Shown: piece after piece, positions 38,931-52,310 of the stretch
Position numbering within the stretch: position 1 is the stretch's first letter
How the letters are laid out: each line of letters starts with the position of its first letter
Source of the DNA: Octopus sinensis
Lineage: Eukaryota
Direction of reading: 5' to 3'
NCBI RefSeq assembly: GCF_006345805.1
Contig: NC_042999.1
Location: 61,442,001 to 61,506,000, forward strand
DNA: 64,000 nt
Notes under the pieces: generated by a model
What the model saw: only the letters and a program-made list of their open reading frames with translations
What the model was told of the DNA's origin: nothing
Database searches by the model: none
Translations under genes and position numbers: made by a program

Positions 38931-39684
38931 CTCCACATTGTCGTCAACAACTAAAACACATTGCACCTACTTCCAGAGTTATATGGGAAATATACGGAAA
39001 ATGGACTGATCCAGAAGAATCCAATTTATAAAGAGAATTCAATAGTTTGCATCTAGAAAAGCGGTGTTGGTATATATTTTATAGTTTGATCAAATCTCAG
39101 GCTTCTGAACAGTCTCCGAGATTCATCATCATTACCATCATCACCGACGTCGTCATCATCATCATCATCATCGTCATATCATCATCGTCATCATCATCAT
39201 CATCGTCATCATCATCATCGTCATCATCATCACTGCCATCATCATCATCGTCATCAACATTATCATCAACACCTGCACATTACTGATTCGAGTGCAAGGT
39301 TTCAAAAGACCAAGCACCTGGTTTCTTCGGCGCATAAATGATCGAGATCACGACACACCTCATTAACCGGACTCCAGTCCGTCACATAGTTACTCAATCG
39401 CAGCTGAGTAGAACAGTGCAAAGTGTAGTGAGGGGTTTTATTTAAGGGTTTTATTTAACATAACTCACTGTCCTGTTCGGAAATTGAAATGATGGTCTTG
39501 CGTAACTGCAACATCCTAGCCACCAGGCTATGAGAAATCCATTCAGGGAAAGAGTTGAGAACGAACATCATGATACATAAATAACAATATGAAAAGAGAT
39601 TATAAAGAAAATTCAGTATTTTTTATTCACTAATGGGCGGCGAGCTAGTAGAGCTAGTAGAGATGCTGCTATGTGTTTTGCACG

Positions 39685-39866
39685 GCATACTCTTTTGCTC
39701 TGCGACCATACTGGAGCACCGCTTTTAGTCGAGCAAATCGACCCCAGGTCTTATTCTTTGTAAGTCTAGTACTTATTCTATCGGTCTCTTTTGCCGAACC
39801 GCTATGTTACGGGGACGTAAACACACCAGCATCGGTTGTCAAGCGATGTTGGGGGGACAAACACAG

Positions 39867-39929
<63 letters not shown>

Positions 39930-40068
39930 GTGTATATATATATATATATACGACAAGCCTTTGGTCGGCCCGAGGCCATAGTAGAAGACACTTGCCCAAG
40001 GTGCTACGCAGTGGGACAGAACGCTGAACCACGTGGTTCGTAAGCAAGCTATTTACCACACAGCCACA
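39685..40068 (-). mobile_element. SINE family 1
   Basis: ACTGGAGCACCGCTTTTAGTCGAGCAAATCGACCCCAGG...CACTTGCCCAAGGTGCTACGCAGTGGGAC. Confidence 0.9.
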
Positions 40069-43000
40069 CGTTAACAATTATTCCAGCTGACCACCATGAA
40101 TTTCTTTTGGGTGGAAAAACATATTAAGGCTCATTGTGTTGAAAGTGATATTCTGATTCTTTCGGATAGTCGTACAATCTATAAACTCAGTCAGTAGTTG
40201 TAGTTCCCTTCAGTTTCTTTTGTATTATCAGAAAATTTATCATCATACATCTGTGACTTATAGAATTATTTCAAATTCTCCAGCTGAAAGATTATATTGT
40301 TAAGCTATACCTAAAGCGTGCAATGTACCGAACAATTTTGTTGGCGTTATGACACTCCCAGTGTGTTACAATATCAATAGCAATGTATTTTGCTTTCCAT
40401 ATATTCTTTTTACTCCGCAATTTTTTTTCAATTATAACAAAAGCTGTTGTCGAAACATATTGAACCGACACGAAAGTGCCCTCTGGAGACACGGTCAAGA
40501 GAAAGTCTTCTGAAATTTGGTTATAGACTACAAGGTAACTAACAAAATTGTAATATTGATGTCAGAAAATGTAAACTTTTGATAAAGCAAATTCTTAATA
40601 ATACTTCTTATTTTGCTTAGCATTGACTCCACTTCTAGTGAATATTATAACATGTATAGGCACATCCTCAAATATGCCCGTCCAGTCTGCTGTGCACATT
40701 TTGAAACTATGGCAGAATGATATTGAATGATTAAAAACAAGGAATACATTCGCTGCCATTCTCTGTTTCATGATCATCTTGGCAGAAATATTGAAACCGC
40801 GTTAATACATGGTTAATAAACGAATTTGAAATTACAGTCAGGAGACAAAAGTACAGTCACAATAACAGGAAGATAATTACCAACGACCATCTATAAATCC
40901 TATGTAACTATTTGAGAAATCCATATAGAGAAGGATTATTAAACACAGGATGTCCATAAATTATCTTTGCAATTTCCAAATTTAGCGTATCTATTTATTG
41001 GAGCCCACGTGGGATGTTCTGATATTTCTAATAAAAAATTAACTTACTTTCCTACGTTTTCCAATAAAGCCTGCTGAGCTTTTTTTTTATACTTCTCTTT
41101 CTTTTTCTGAATGTTTTAAATTGTAAAAGTATTCTTTTAATTGTTAAGACAATTTCGATGAAAGCAAAGATTCTTGCTTCAAACATCAGCAAACCCTTCT
41201 ATTGTGCTTGACATGCAAAGTTCCAATACAATTTTACCATCTCGGGGCCCGCACACATCTCTTGTCTTCTAGAAAGTTACTTTCCTATCAAGATCACTCC
41301 ATTTTGTGATGTATTTATGGAACTCTGTCTGCACCACCCTCAATCAAACGTTGTGTTCCCTATGTTTCAGTATTTTACCATACACACTTTCTTCTACATA
41401 CCAATAACCTAATTGCCTCGATATCCGATCGACATGGCTCGCCAAGAGGCCCGCAGTTTCCATGACCAAGCATCATCTGCACTCAACATATTACTACCCC
41501 TCAAACCAGTGCTGAATCCATGAACGAAGCTTGAAAGCAACCTTCAGTCAGATCGTGCCAGTTGTCTCCCTTTTAACGGCTCAAGCGCTACTCATATCAA
41601 GAACACCCTCTAACATTCCACCCGTAAATATGGTAGTCATTCACATAGATTCCTCACAAGCCCTCCAAATACTAGAGCTCATAATCACCAAGATCTCTCT
41701 AGTCGAAAGATCAACATTACAAAACTAAAATTAAATCTCAAAAAAATTCTCTCTTATCTTCAGAGCCACGAAATATTTCAGTCTCCAACAGCTTCAGATA
41801 TTCTGCAATGCTTAAGTGACGCTCACAATGGAGTAACACCATAAGCACCTGAGACGCAGCTGCTGCCACTCACACCTTATCTTCGTTAGCATCCAGAGAA
41901 GAGTACAGCCCCATTCTGCCGACTCGGCATGTAAATTTATACATTTATACATTCATGTTTATACATATGAAAGAAAACAAGAATCTAATACGAATTAAAA
42001 TAACCTTAAACAGTGTTCAACTCCGTCTTTTGAGGTTGTTTCTTAGAATGAAACGACTGGAATACGACGCCTACCTGTCTTCATATCACTGATACTTCTA
42101 CCAAACAACCAAAGTGACGGAACAGCTGAGAATTCACGAGATGGATCCACTGAATTTCAACCCAATATATAAAGGATGCTTCTCCGTTAGTATTCGTAGT
42201 ATGCCATCTTCATATATCAGTTATTCAGCCGAAATATTTCATATTCTGTGACTATTCAGAACTCCGTACTTGGTGGAAGAGAGCTGTCTTCAATCCGGAG
42301 ACCAGAAACGCGTTCCTGAGACATACTGGAATCCGATAAATATAGCCAAGGTGTAGGTGCGATCGGTGTAAAACCGGGCAATGAATTACGCTGACCGACC
42401 AAGAAGAGAAATGTTTTTTTTTTCCAACGCACAGTATCTGTTCAAGAAATGTAATTCACAGAGCATTCGTTCAGTCAATGGAAATGATACATCACGCTTT
42501 CTATAGATGGTATACAACAGTGTGGCTGAATCCTAAATCAGTCATATTCAAGTCGCATTTCCGTATAGGACGTAACATTGTCCAAGTCATAACGTTCGAG
42601 CTAACCTTAGCTGTGAGATTAAGGCATTGTAAACATCATAGCGATGACGGCACCCTAAGTCTGTCTAGATATTTCGACAACTGCATATTGAAAGGTTAAA
42701 AGAAATATAATGAAAGATTCATCATTGAGTCTGAGTTTCAGTTTGAGATTGTGCACAATTTCTTAGAGGAACTTACAAAGGCTATGAAACACCTGGATTT
42801 TTAAAACACTTTTAATGTGGCGCTTTCTACATAATAGTGAAACCGACGAGGTACAATGATTATTTTACAGTTTTCAGGCCGTAAAATAATTTAAATTCCT
42901 TGCTTAAAATCTAAATGTTTAAATGGCTAATTATTGGCTTAATAGAAATAAGTTTGAAAAAATGGGCAGATGATGGAAAACTGATATAACTGAGAATTGA

Positions 43001-44747
43001 AACCCATTGCTAGAAGCAGCAGGATAAATATATGACTTTAAACATGTTTGAATGCTATTTTTATGTATTTTTACTTTACCAAACTGACTACCATACAAAT
43101 AGTACAAAATCTAAATATCAGTTGTATATGAAATTCAATAGATCATTCGATAATTTGATTAATTGATGTCCTGTGTTAGCTCCACGAAAGAGGAATAGGT
43201 AATATTGTGCTGGCTAATAAATTCAATACAATATCTAATAGTATATTTCCCTTATAAAAACCAGTATGAACATTAATGAATATAAAACAAAATAGAAAGT
43301 AATAAGCTATTACATTGAAAACAAAACTACCGAAGACGATAAACGAAAACGGAAAAATAAATCAATATCGTATCAATAATAACCGAAATCCAACACTGAC
43401 ATATCGAAATAAAACTAAAGAATGAAAACATTGATTTAAAGACGAAAATGACGAGGAGGGGAGAGTTAGAGGAAATGGTAAGGAAATAGTCTTTGGGAGT
43501 GTACTGCGAACGGAGAAGTTTATGCAGACATAAACACTGCAAAATATTTATAGAAGTAGGAAAACATAATACGAAGAACTAAACCAAAGAAAATATTGAA
43601 GCCAGGAAAATTATAGGAAGGAAAAATCATATAATCGAATTTCTTCGCTGATTAAATATACAGAAAACATATCTGCTTAAAAAACATGAACGATGATTAC
43701 TACTGTTGATACTAAGACGACAATGGCGAGAAAATGGTTTTAAATATTCAGATGAGTGAAACGTGTTAGCTTAAATAATTCTACATCCTGTATGGAAATA
43801 TCATAAGAATCTTCAACTTTAGAAAATACAAATGAAGACCCTATCAAATGAATATCAGAACTTGTGCTATATCACGAGGTATATAAAAGAGCTCAAAGCA
43901 AAATAAGTGCCTCCAGTATTTCTCAAGAATTTGCAAAATAACTGTCACACATACCAAACCACATATATCAGTATTTTAGGGGAAACCAGATGCGGATCTG
44001 TCTATATGATGCCTTTCTCAATGATATAAGCAGCAGCAATAAGGTTAAACCTTAATTGCAATTTATAGTTATCTGGAGGATTTTTTGCTTGAATCACAAC
44101 ATTCAACAATTGTAGAATACTGACCTACATACCAAGTAACTGAATGTAAACCGATTAAGTGCAAAACAGTTTATTACTACCAGAGATCACAAGATGGCGA
44201 TTGTCATGAGGTTTTACTACTGAAATAAGGCAGAGGAAGAAATCCTAAAGATAATAAGAAAAACATTGTAAGATTAATAAAGTTTTGTCTTGGTTGAAAT
44301 AAAAAAGAATACACTAGTTTGAGGAAAGCACAAATATAAAGCATCTTGGGCATATTAATCATGAAACTATCTAATCAATATTTTATTTGCGAAATCTATA
44401 ATTAAATAAAAAAAAATTAAACTGACCTTAAGAGCACATGTGATTTTTAAGAAGCATATGAAGAAGTCGATAGACTAATGGGCAAGGTGTTGGAAGAAAA
44501 TGGTTAGCATACAAAATAGTTTAAGGGTCAATATATTTTAATTTCAGCGACAAAGTTCACGTAGCTCCAAGTATTTCGTTATTTTGCTGCTGGTCAAACT
44601 TACTTAAGGAAAAGCTCTGTAGTCTAAAGATTGGAAAGTCATCATAATCTTGTGCATTTAGAGATATCTAGGAAAATATTATCCAACTTAACTTCCTTTG
44701 TTTGGAAATCGTTTGAGAGATATTTTACTAGTGTTTCATTTTTGCAG

Positions 44748-44787
44748 ATCAACCGACTACGTAGAGGACCCCCTGATAGATGCTAGA
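44748..44787 (+). CDS. Candidate 40-nt internal exon of an unidentified host gene (xSTDYVEDPLIDAR)
   Basis: Acceptor TTTCATTTTTGCAG, donor A|GTAAGT, one stop-free frame. No homology recognised. Confidence 0.35.
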
Positions 44788-45970
44788 GTAAGTATTATGA
44801 CATTGTAAGTAACAAAAATACATTTATTTATTTTTCTTTCTCCGGGTCAAATCGTACCGAGAAGAGAAAACAAAAAGCATGACCAGTAAATTCCTCTCAT
44901 GAATCACTCTATCAATATGGGTGCTTCGCTTGTTTTCACCAAGCTATTACAGTACTAATCATCTCCAAGCTATTAAATGTGCTTTATCATCCACTATAAA
45001 CATTCTAAATTATAATAATATCTTCCAAGAGAATTCGCTTTTCACATTCCACTTTATGAGCATTTTCACCCTTGAGTGAAATAAAGTATAGGATGAAACA
45101 GAATGTGAATATACAAGGTGGGATACATTAACTCAAATATTCTGTTTGAATGCTTTTAATATGTATGCAAAATGGAGCACCCAATATGATATTTAATCTC
45201 TATAGTAATTTGTGGCAAGGGGGATTATATCTAGTTATATAATACAAAATAGAGAATGGCTTAATGAAAGAACATATCCGCCAATTGAATCTATTAATCA
45301 TTGAAATTTATCGGAAATATAAAGCAGAGGCAATCAGAAACAATCGCACCAACAGTTTCAACGGATGTATATAATACTTATGCATAATTTAAATTAATGC
45401 TTTTGCACCTCACATGTTCATGGATACATAAATGTTCATACAGAAAATGTATGCTGGTACGCACTCACCAAGACACATACACGTACACACACTGTGTATC
45501 TATGTGCATAGGAGTGTATTTGTAAGCATGCATGTAAGTATGTGTTTATGCATGCATGAATATGGTTATGTGTGCTTGAAGCTATTGCTAGCAAATGTTT
45601 CACTTCATAAACCGTGCGAACTTTCACGCTTGAAACATTTTATCAAGATATAATTGACATATGTAATAGGAGGAAGGGGGAGATGGGGGGGGGGCTGTGG
45701 AATTAGGCGATTAGAGAGAGGAGTGCGATGCAACAGCACCAACTATGATGGTTTCGTATGTGGTGCAGGAGTCATCTATTGTTGGGTGTGAGTAATAGTG
45801 TGAGATATTTATGTATGAAGATACTGTTGCCTAGAAAGAAGATAAAGAAAATCGGAGTAAACATACTCTATTATGCCAAATTTATATGATACCCATCCAT
45901 ATGTAGACAGACAGACACCCATCCATAAGTAGACAGACACACAGACAGACAGATAGATAGATAGATAGAT

Positions 45971-47275
45971 ATGTTTCTTTATTAGCCACACAGGGCTGCA
46001 CACAGATAGAACAAATTACAAGGTAGAGCTTTTCTTTTGAAGGTTTAAAAAAAAAAAAAAAAAAAGAAAAAATAGGAAGGGGGAGTTTCGATCAAAAGGG
46101 ATCGTAAAAGGAGAGAAAGAGGACAAAAAAAGGGGGGTTAAAAAAAAGGGGGAGAGGAAGAAAAAAAAGAGAAAAAAAAAAAAAGAAAAAAAAAAAAAAA
46201 AAAAAAATTGATCAATAGGGATCGTTATCACAGAAATGTCAATATGAAGTGTAAAGGGGAGGACAGGTGAGGTTTACCCGTGGAAAGAAAAGCCTACGGA
46301 AAAGACCACGGTAACCTCGGTCAATGGAGTCACATGTTATATTTCTTTTTTTTTTTTTTTGCAAATAAGCAACTCTCTGTTTTCAATTTCTGGGTTCATA
46401 GGATCATGCTCAAGGTGGCTTCGTCATTCATACGTGCCATTCTTGCTACATTCACCCATCTTTTTTTAAAACATTCGCTAGACAAAACTTGCCTCTCTAC
46501 TCTCACTTTCCTTTTCAAGTGGTACTTGAAGAAGTTGATGAGAGATTGACCAGAGAGGAAAGTGTTTGTCTCCAATCCTTTCAGACGCGTCCACCAGATA
46601 CATTCTTTCGCCATAGCCACAAGGATGATGAAAATAGCTCTTCCTTCCCGTTTGAAGGAGAGAGGCGTGACAATATTAACGATAGACTCAGCTGATAAAC
46701 CGACTCGTCCCACACGTGACAGCAGTTGTTCGACATAAGCCCACAGGTCGGAAATTGTTGGACACTGCACGAGTGCGTGCAGAACGGTTTCGTCGCTCTG
46801 ACCGCATCTCGGGCAGGTCGGCCCCGTGTTTCTCGAGCCGTGTCTGTAGAGCTTATCCCGAACGGGTAGCGCTTCTCGGTAGCACTGCCAGGCCAGGGAT
46901 CTCTGGAAGTTGTCCATGGGCCCTGGCCCGAAAGTCGTCCTGAACAGGCGGGTCAGGTACTCCTCGTCGACGTCCAGGTTCGCCCCGAGCTCGTCGTCGT
47001 ACCTCCCCTCCACTAAACCCCTATAGAATGCTTTGGTTGTGTTGAAGTCACTCAAGGTCGACCCAGGACGGCAGAGTTGCTTGAGAGCAACGCGACACTC
47101 GTGGTGCCATTCGCCCTTCTTCGGCCTCTTTTTGATCCACGACTGCAGTTCGGTCATGGAGACGAGCTGCGGGAAAGCGTGCCTCACAAACGGCGACCAC
47201 GCCTGTTCACCGTCGTCTACATAGAGCCAGAGATGTCGCAGTCTCAGCGCGTGTCTGCGCATCATCAACCACGGC

Positions 47276-47277
<2 letters not shown>
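45971..47277 (-). mobile_element. 5'-truncated Tx1/L1-clade non-LTR retrotransposon inserted in a (GATA)n array
   Basis: C-terminal ORF2, T-rich 3' UTR, AATAAA near the 3' end running into (ATCT)n; GATA repeats on both sides (~45950-45970 and ~47275-47515). Confidence 0.85.
46396..47277 (-). CDS. ORF2 C-terminal fragment with zf-RVT-type zinc knuckle
   Basis: 293 aa without stops: [12 protein letters not shown]...[18 protein letters not shown] (CxxC...ETxxHxxxxC), characteristic of L1/Tx1 ORF2 C-termini. The Met start is an artefact of the truncation point. Confidence 0.85.
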
Positions 47278-47353
<76 letters not shown>

Positions 47354-47378
47354 GGATAGATGGATGGATGGATGGATG

Positions 47379-47493
<115 letters not shown>

Positions 47494-49769
47494 GATAGAT
47501 AGATAGATAGATAGATAATTATATTTGGTCCACTATATATATACATATTCATTTTTAAAATAATCTTTTGAGCGCATATACACACGCACACATGTATGTG
47601 CGTGTATGTATGTATGTATGTAGTATGTATGTATGTATGTATGTATGTATGTATATATGCATGTATGTATATATGCATGTATGTATGTATGTATGTATGT
47701 ATGTAAGAATGTATGTATGTAAGAATGTATGTATGTATGTATGAATGCATACATATACAAGCAAAAGTGTGGTGTGCATACGTGTGTGCGTATGCAACAG
47801 CTATTATTTTAATTTCTCCAGTACTTTCACTTTCTATATAATGGTGATTTGCATATTTCCTTGTGAAGCACTTAAAAGCCTGTTTTAAACTGCGAAATTT
47901 TCTGTATCATCCACATATGTAGATCATCATGCTTTCATCTTCTGAGCAATGTACTGATGGTGGCGTGTGTTATTGCCATTTTATAATAGGCAATCAGATA
48001 GACCATATGGCATTTTTAAATATAATTCATATTAAAATTACAATTACATTAGCGAAATTTGAAATAATTTTCATTGCTTCACTCTGTTTCATATTTCAAT
48101 GCATCATGATTAGACTCCTTTTGTTCATATATATTCCAGGGGCGGTGCATATAAGGATCAGGTTTTAACCTATATAACTTAGGGCTCTGTAATTACTCCA
48201 AATTAATGTGACGAAGTGCCTTATTAATACCAATTGAATTCATATACATGAGTCAATAAAGTATGCGTTGAACAACTTCTAATATTGTGACAGTTTAATG
48301 ATTAACATTAATTTAACATTAGCTGATCAAAGATGTGAATATATTTAAGATGGAAAAGTTGAAACATAAATAATTTCATCGGTTGAACATTTCATGACAA
48401 AATAAATCATGTAACTCATAAATGATAAATAGCTCCTACTGTAACAATAATAGAGATTTCGATGATAATTTTATTAATAATATAATTGAAACAGATAAGA
48501 ACAAAATTTTCCATAATCGAATAGAGAGGATATAAAATCTTAATGTTCACTGTTGCACGCTTTGTTGTTTCCGAATTTCACTAAACACCTATATTCAACA
48601 ATAAGTATGTAAATTTCTTGAGAAGTATTACAAAAAAAAATAATATAAAATAGACTTCTTTTGAAAGACAATACTATACTTCGAAAATATTGTTATAACC
48701 TCGGGTATCTTAATTTATCATGCAAAGCGGAAACACAAAAGGAGATATTTTTTGTTATAAATAGGTGCCATATTTTTAAGGAAGTTAAAACGAATGACTT
48801 AGAAACCTTTGAAAAGAATTCGTCGGATTGCTATATGCAGTTCATAGAGAGAATATTTCCCTCTGGAAATTATTGATAATCTAAATGATCTATCCAAATG
48901 GATGTGCTGCTCCGGAAATTCTCCAGAAATATATTCGAAATACAGAGGCTTTTGATAAACTAAAAAGAATTTTACTATTCAACATTATCAGTAGGCTTAA
49001 CATTTCTTACAAAAGTTTATATACAATAACCTACATCAAACAAACAAATATACATGATTTTGCATGTGTGAATAGTGAGATATAGCGGAGTGTATATATG
49101 TACGCACGTACGTATGTATGTACGTATGTATGTATGTACGTGTGTCATGGGTGTATTTGGATTTATGAGTATGAGCGAGCATTGCTGTGAACCTGAGCGC
49201 TTATTTATTTGTGAGTATGTATATGTGTTGAGGGATCATGAGGTGAGCTATTATCAATGTGTATGTATGGAAATATTCCTGTGTTTTTAATGAAACTGTA
49301 TACAATTAACTTTATACTTGCGTCTCCACGAAGACTACATAAAACTTTCGTTCCTGCTTTACGGTATTATGTGTATTTAGATAGCGTAAGTAATCAGGCT
49401 AAGATGAATACGTGCTTGCTATGTAAATTAATCAAGTCTACAAGCAACACTTTTTTCACTAATGTATTTCAGAAGGAAACGAATATTTTATTAACAAAAG
49501 AAAATCCGTACTAAAAATATGAATGCATGGACACACACACATTCGGTTATACATGTATTTATATACATATGTATCATGCACGTATGTATACATATGATAG
49601 ACTGCCCTGTTGAAGACGGCGTATGAGAGTTCAGCTTTTATCGAACGACCTGCACAGATGTGTATAGTGATCAAATGTTCGTGCCGCACATTTAGCTCAC
49701 TCTCACAATCATATCGACGTTGACTGAACAGATGCACCAAACGTCGGCTGTCGATGTCATCGCACAACA

Positions 49770-49875
49770 ACGTGAGATGAAGGGTTTTGCTGAAGAAACC
49801 AACGCACCACGAGGACTAGGAATTGAAATCACGATTACTAGATCGCGAGTGCAACACTCTAACCACTAGAGGCCC
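49770..49875 (-). mobile_element. Degraded head of a possible third tRNA-SINE family (related fragment ~39400-39530)
   Basis: GGAATTGAAATCACGATTACTAGATCGCGAGTGCAACACTCTAACCACTAG reads as a reversed tRNA-like head. Confidence 0.45.
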
Positions 49876-49902
49876 TTATGCATATATATATATACATACA
49901 TA

Positions 49903-50628
49903 TGTATACATAAATATAAGAGGGAATATTTTAATCAATATGTGGAAACCCTTATGCTAGGAGAAGATCTGCTATGGGCTCAACCACTAAGAATTATTCT
50001 CCAGAAAATTTAGCCCACCAGAAACGTAAGCGAGCAAGACAAATGAAAAATCACAAAAACATAGATTAATCACAAACAATTGTTTCACTATCAATAAATT
50101 ACGTAATTTTATTTACACAATTTATCTGTAGATCGTCGGTGTGATCCTCTTTGTAAGATATAATTTGTAGAACTCCACGCCAGATATCAACACGAGGTTG
50201 AAATTGCATGTAGTTCCACCTATTATATGTGCGGTTATTTTCAAAAGTCTTCGTTTAGGCGCACTAAATTACCGGAAATAAATACTGCATAAATAATTAA
50301 CTGCAGTAGTCTTCGCCGGTTTGAGAACGTATTAATTTAAAATTAAAATCAAAATGAGGGTGAAAAATTGGATATTAATTTGATAACATCAATTTTAACA
50401 CCAGTGGTCTAGCATATAAAAAAAACTGAGATTCAGTAAATACTATTTCATACATAAATATAAGAGGGAATTTTTTTAACAACTATGTGGAAACCTTTAT
50501 GCTAGAGGAAGATCCGCTATGGTCCCAACCACTAAGAATAGTTCTCACTAGACCAATGCTAGACCACTGGTGTTGAAATTGATGTTATCAAATTAATATC
50601 CAATTTTTCAGCCTCAATTTGATTTTAA

Positions 50629-50632
<4 letters not shown>
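49903..50632. repeat. Unclassified repeat with a ~77-bp inverted repeat (50338-50415/50556-50632) and a ~95-bp direct repeat (~49905-50002/~50450-50547)
   Basis: TTAAAATCAAAATGAGGGTGAAAAATTGGATATTAATTTGATAACATCAATTTTAACACCAGTGGTCTAGCAT mirrored with few mismatches; a homologous copy lies at 4500-4676. Confidence 0.8.
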
Positions 50633-50665
<33 letters not shown>

Positions 50666-51879
50666 TGTGTGTGTGTGTGTGTATTCACGGAGTAAGAGAT
50701 AGCAGGTCAGGCATATCAAACGCTAGTGTAACATAGATTCTCGATGTATTAAAATAATCTCCTCCTGAAGACTATGTATCATTATTACCGAAAGCAATTA
50801 GGACAGGCTCTACTTAAAAAGAGAAGATAATTTCAAGAATCAAGAATTTTCCAAGATTGAAATGCCAGGCTTATTGTCTGAAAATAATAGTTATAGACAC
50901 GTATTTGTGGTTTAATAGGTGTATCATGTGTGCGCAACTGTGTGTGTATGTGTGCATGTATGTGTGTGAGTGTTGGTTTGCGGGTGCATGTGTGTGTGTG
51001 TGTCTGTTTGTGTGTTTACGTGTTTGTTTATGCACTTAAGCAAACAGAAATGTTAAACTTTATAGACAAAAGACCAAATGACGAGAAAGTTTTACAATAT
51101 CTGGTGATGAAGCTGTTTATAAATGTTCCTTTGCGTGTGAAAGTGTGTTTGTTCAAACTGAGAAGTTTGCCACATATCAAGCTTCATCATAAGAATTTGA
51201 GCGTGATAGTCGATTATTGATTTAGCTCCATTTTAAAAATATAGGGAGAAGTGTCACGCCTGAGTTCGTATACTCAAATGTATGTGCGGAGGTGGTGTAT
51301 AACCATGAAATGACCTAAGAGTAATTCAGGCACAAGATGAAAATTTGGAGGCCAGGTGTGGTACAGGTTGATTACATTGACGCAGCGATGATAACTGGTA
51401 TTTATTTTATTGACTTAGAAAGGTGAAAAGCAAAGTCAATTTCGGCAGAATTCGAACTCAGACCTCAAGAAGCCCAAAATGCCGCTAAACGTTTTTTATC
51501 CAGCGTGCTAACTATTCTACCAGCTCTCCGGCTTACTCCCTCTAAGAAGAATATAATGAAAGTATTAAATCTGTACATGGCAATGATTTATTGAATTAGC
51601 ACGTCCAATTAAACGTTTATTGCTCGGCCTCAGAGCACATCAGCACTTCCTCACATACTTTTCCAGAGAAAAGTATATCAGCATAAATGATTTCAGGCAC
51701 AATATCAGCAATTTTGGGGGTGGGGCTTTGTCGATACATGGATCCCAATGCTTAAATTATACTCTGGTCCTTTGACCCTGGAGGGATCGGAAGCAAAGTT
51801 GTTCTTAGCTGTATTTAAACTCAGAATGTCAAAGATATTTTCTTCAATTCGGTTAAGTATTTTGGACAAGGTACGAAAT

Positions 51880-52310
51880 ATTCTTTTCTACCCTAGGCAC
51901 AAGGCCCGAAATTTTAGGGGAGGGTGTCAGTCGATTAGATCGACCCCAGTATGTAACTGGTACTTTATTTGTTGACCCCGAAAGGATGGAAGGCAAAGTC
52001 GACCTCGGCGGAATTTGAACACAGGACGTAACGGCAGACGAAATACTGCTAAGCATTTCGCCCGGCGTTGTAACGTTTCTTATTTCTTTACTGTCCACAA
52101 GGGGCAACACACAGAGGGGACAAACACGGACAGACAAACGGATTAAGTCGATTATATCGACCACAGTGCATAACTGGAACTTAATTTATTGACCACGAAA
52201 GGATGAAAGGCAAAGTCGACTTCGGCAGAATTTGAACTCAGAAATTAACGGCAGACGAAATAACGCTAAGCATTTCGACTGGCGTGCTAAAGTTCCTGCC
52301 AGCTTGCCGC
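51880..52310 (-). mobile_element. SINE family 2, tandem/nested dimer (a further degraded copy at ~51350-51530)
   Basis: GAATTTGAAC at 52011 and 52228 (period 217, including part of the head). Confidence 0.88.

Noticed and set aside
41764-41930. Strong polypyrimidine acceptor at 41763
   Set aside because: All three frames stop within ~80 nt and there is no strong donor; not supportable as a coding exon.
42300-42325. GAAACGCGTT palindrome resembling a hammerhead stem III
   Set aside because: No matching core or stem I on either strand.
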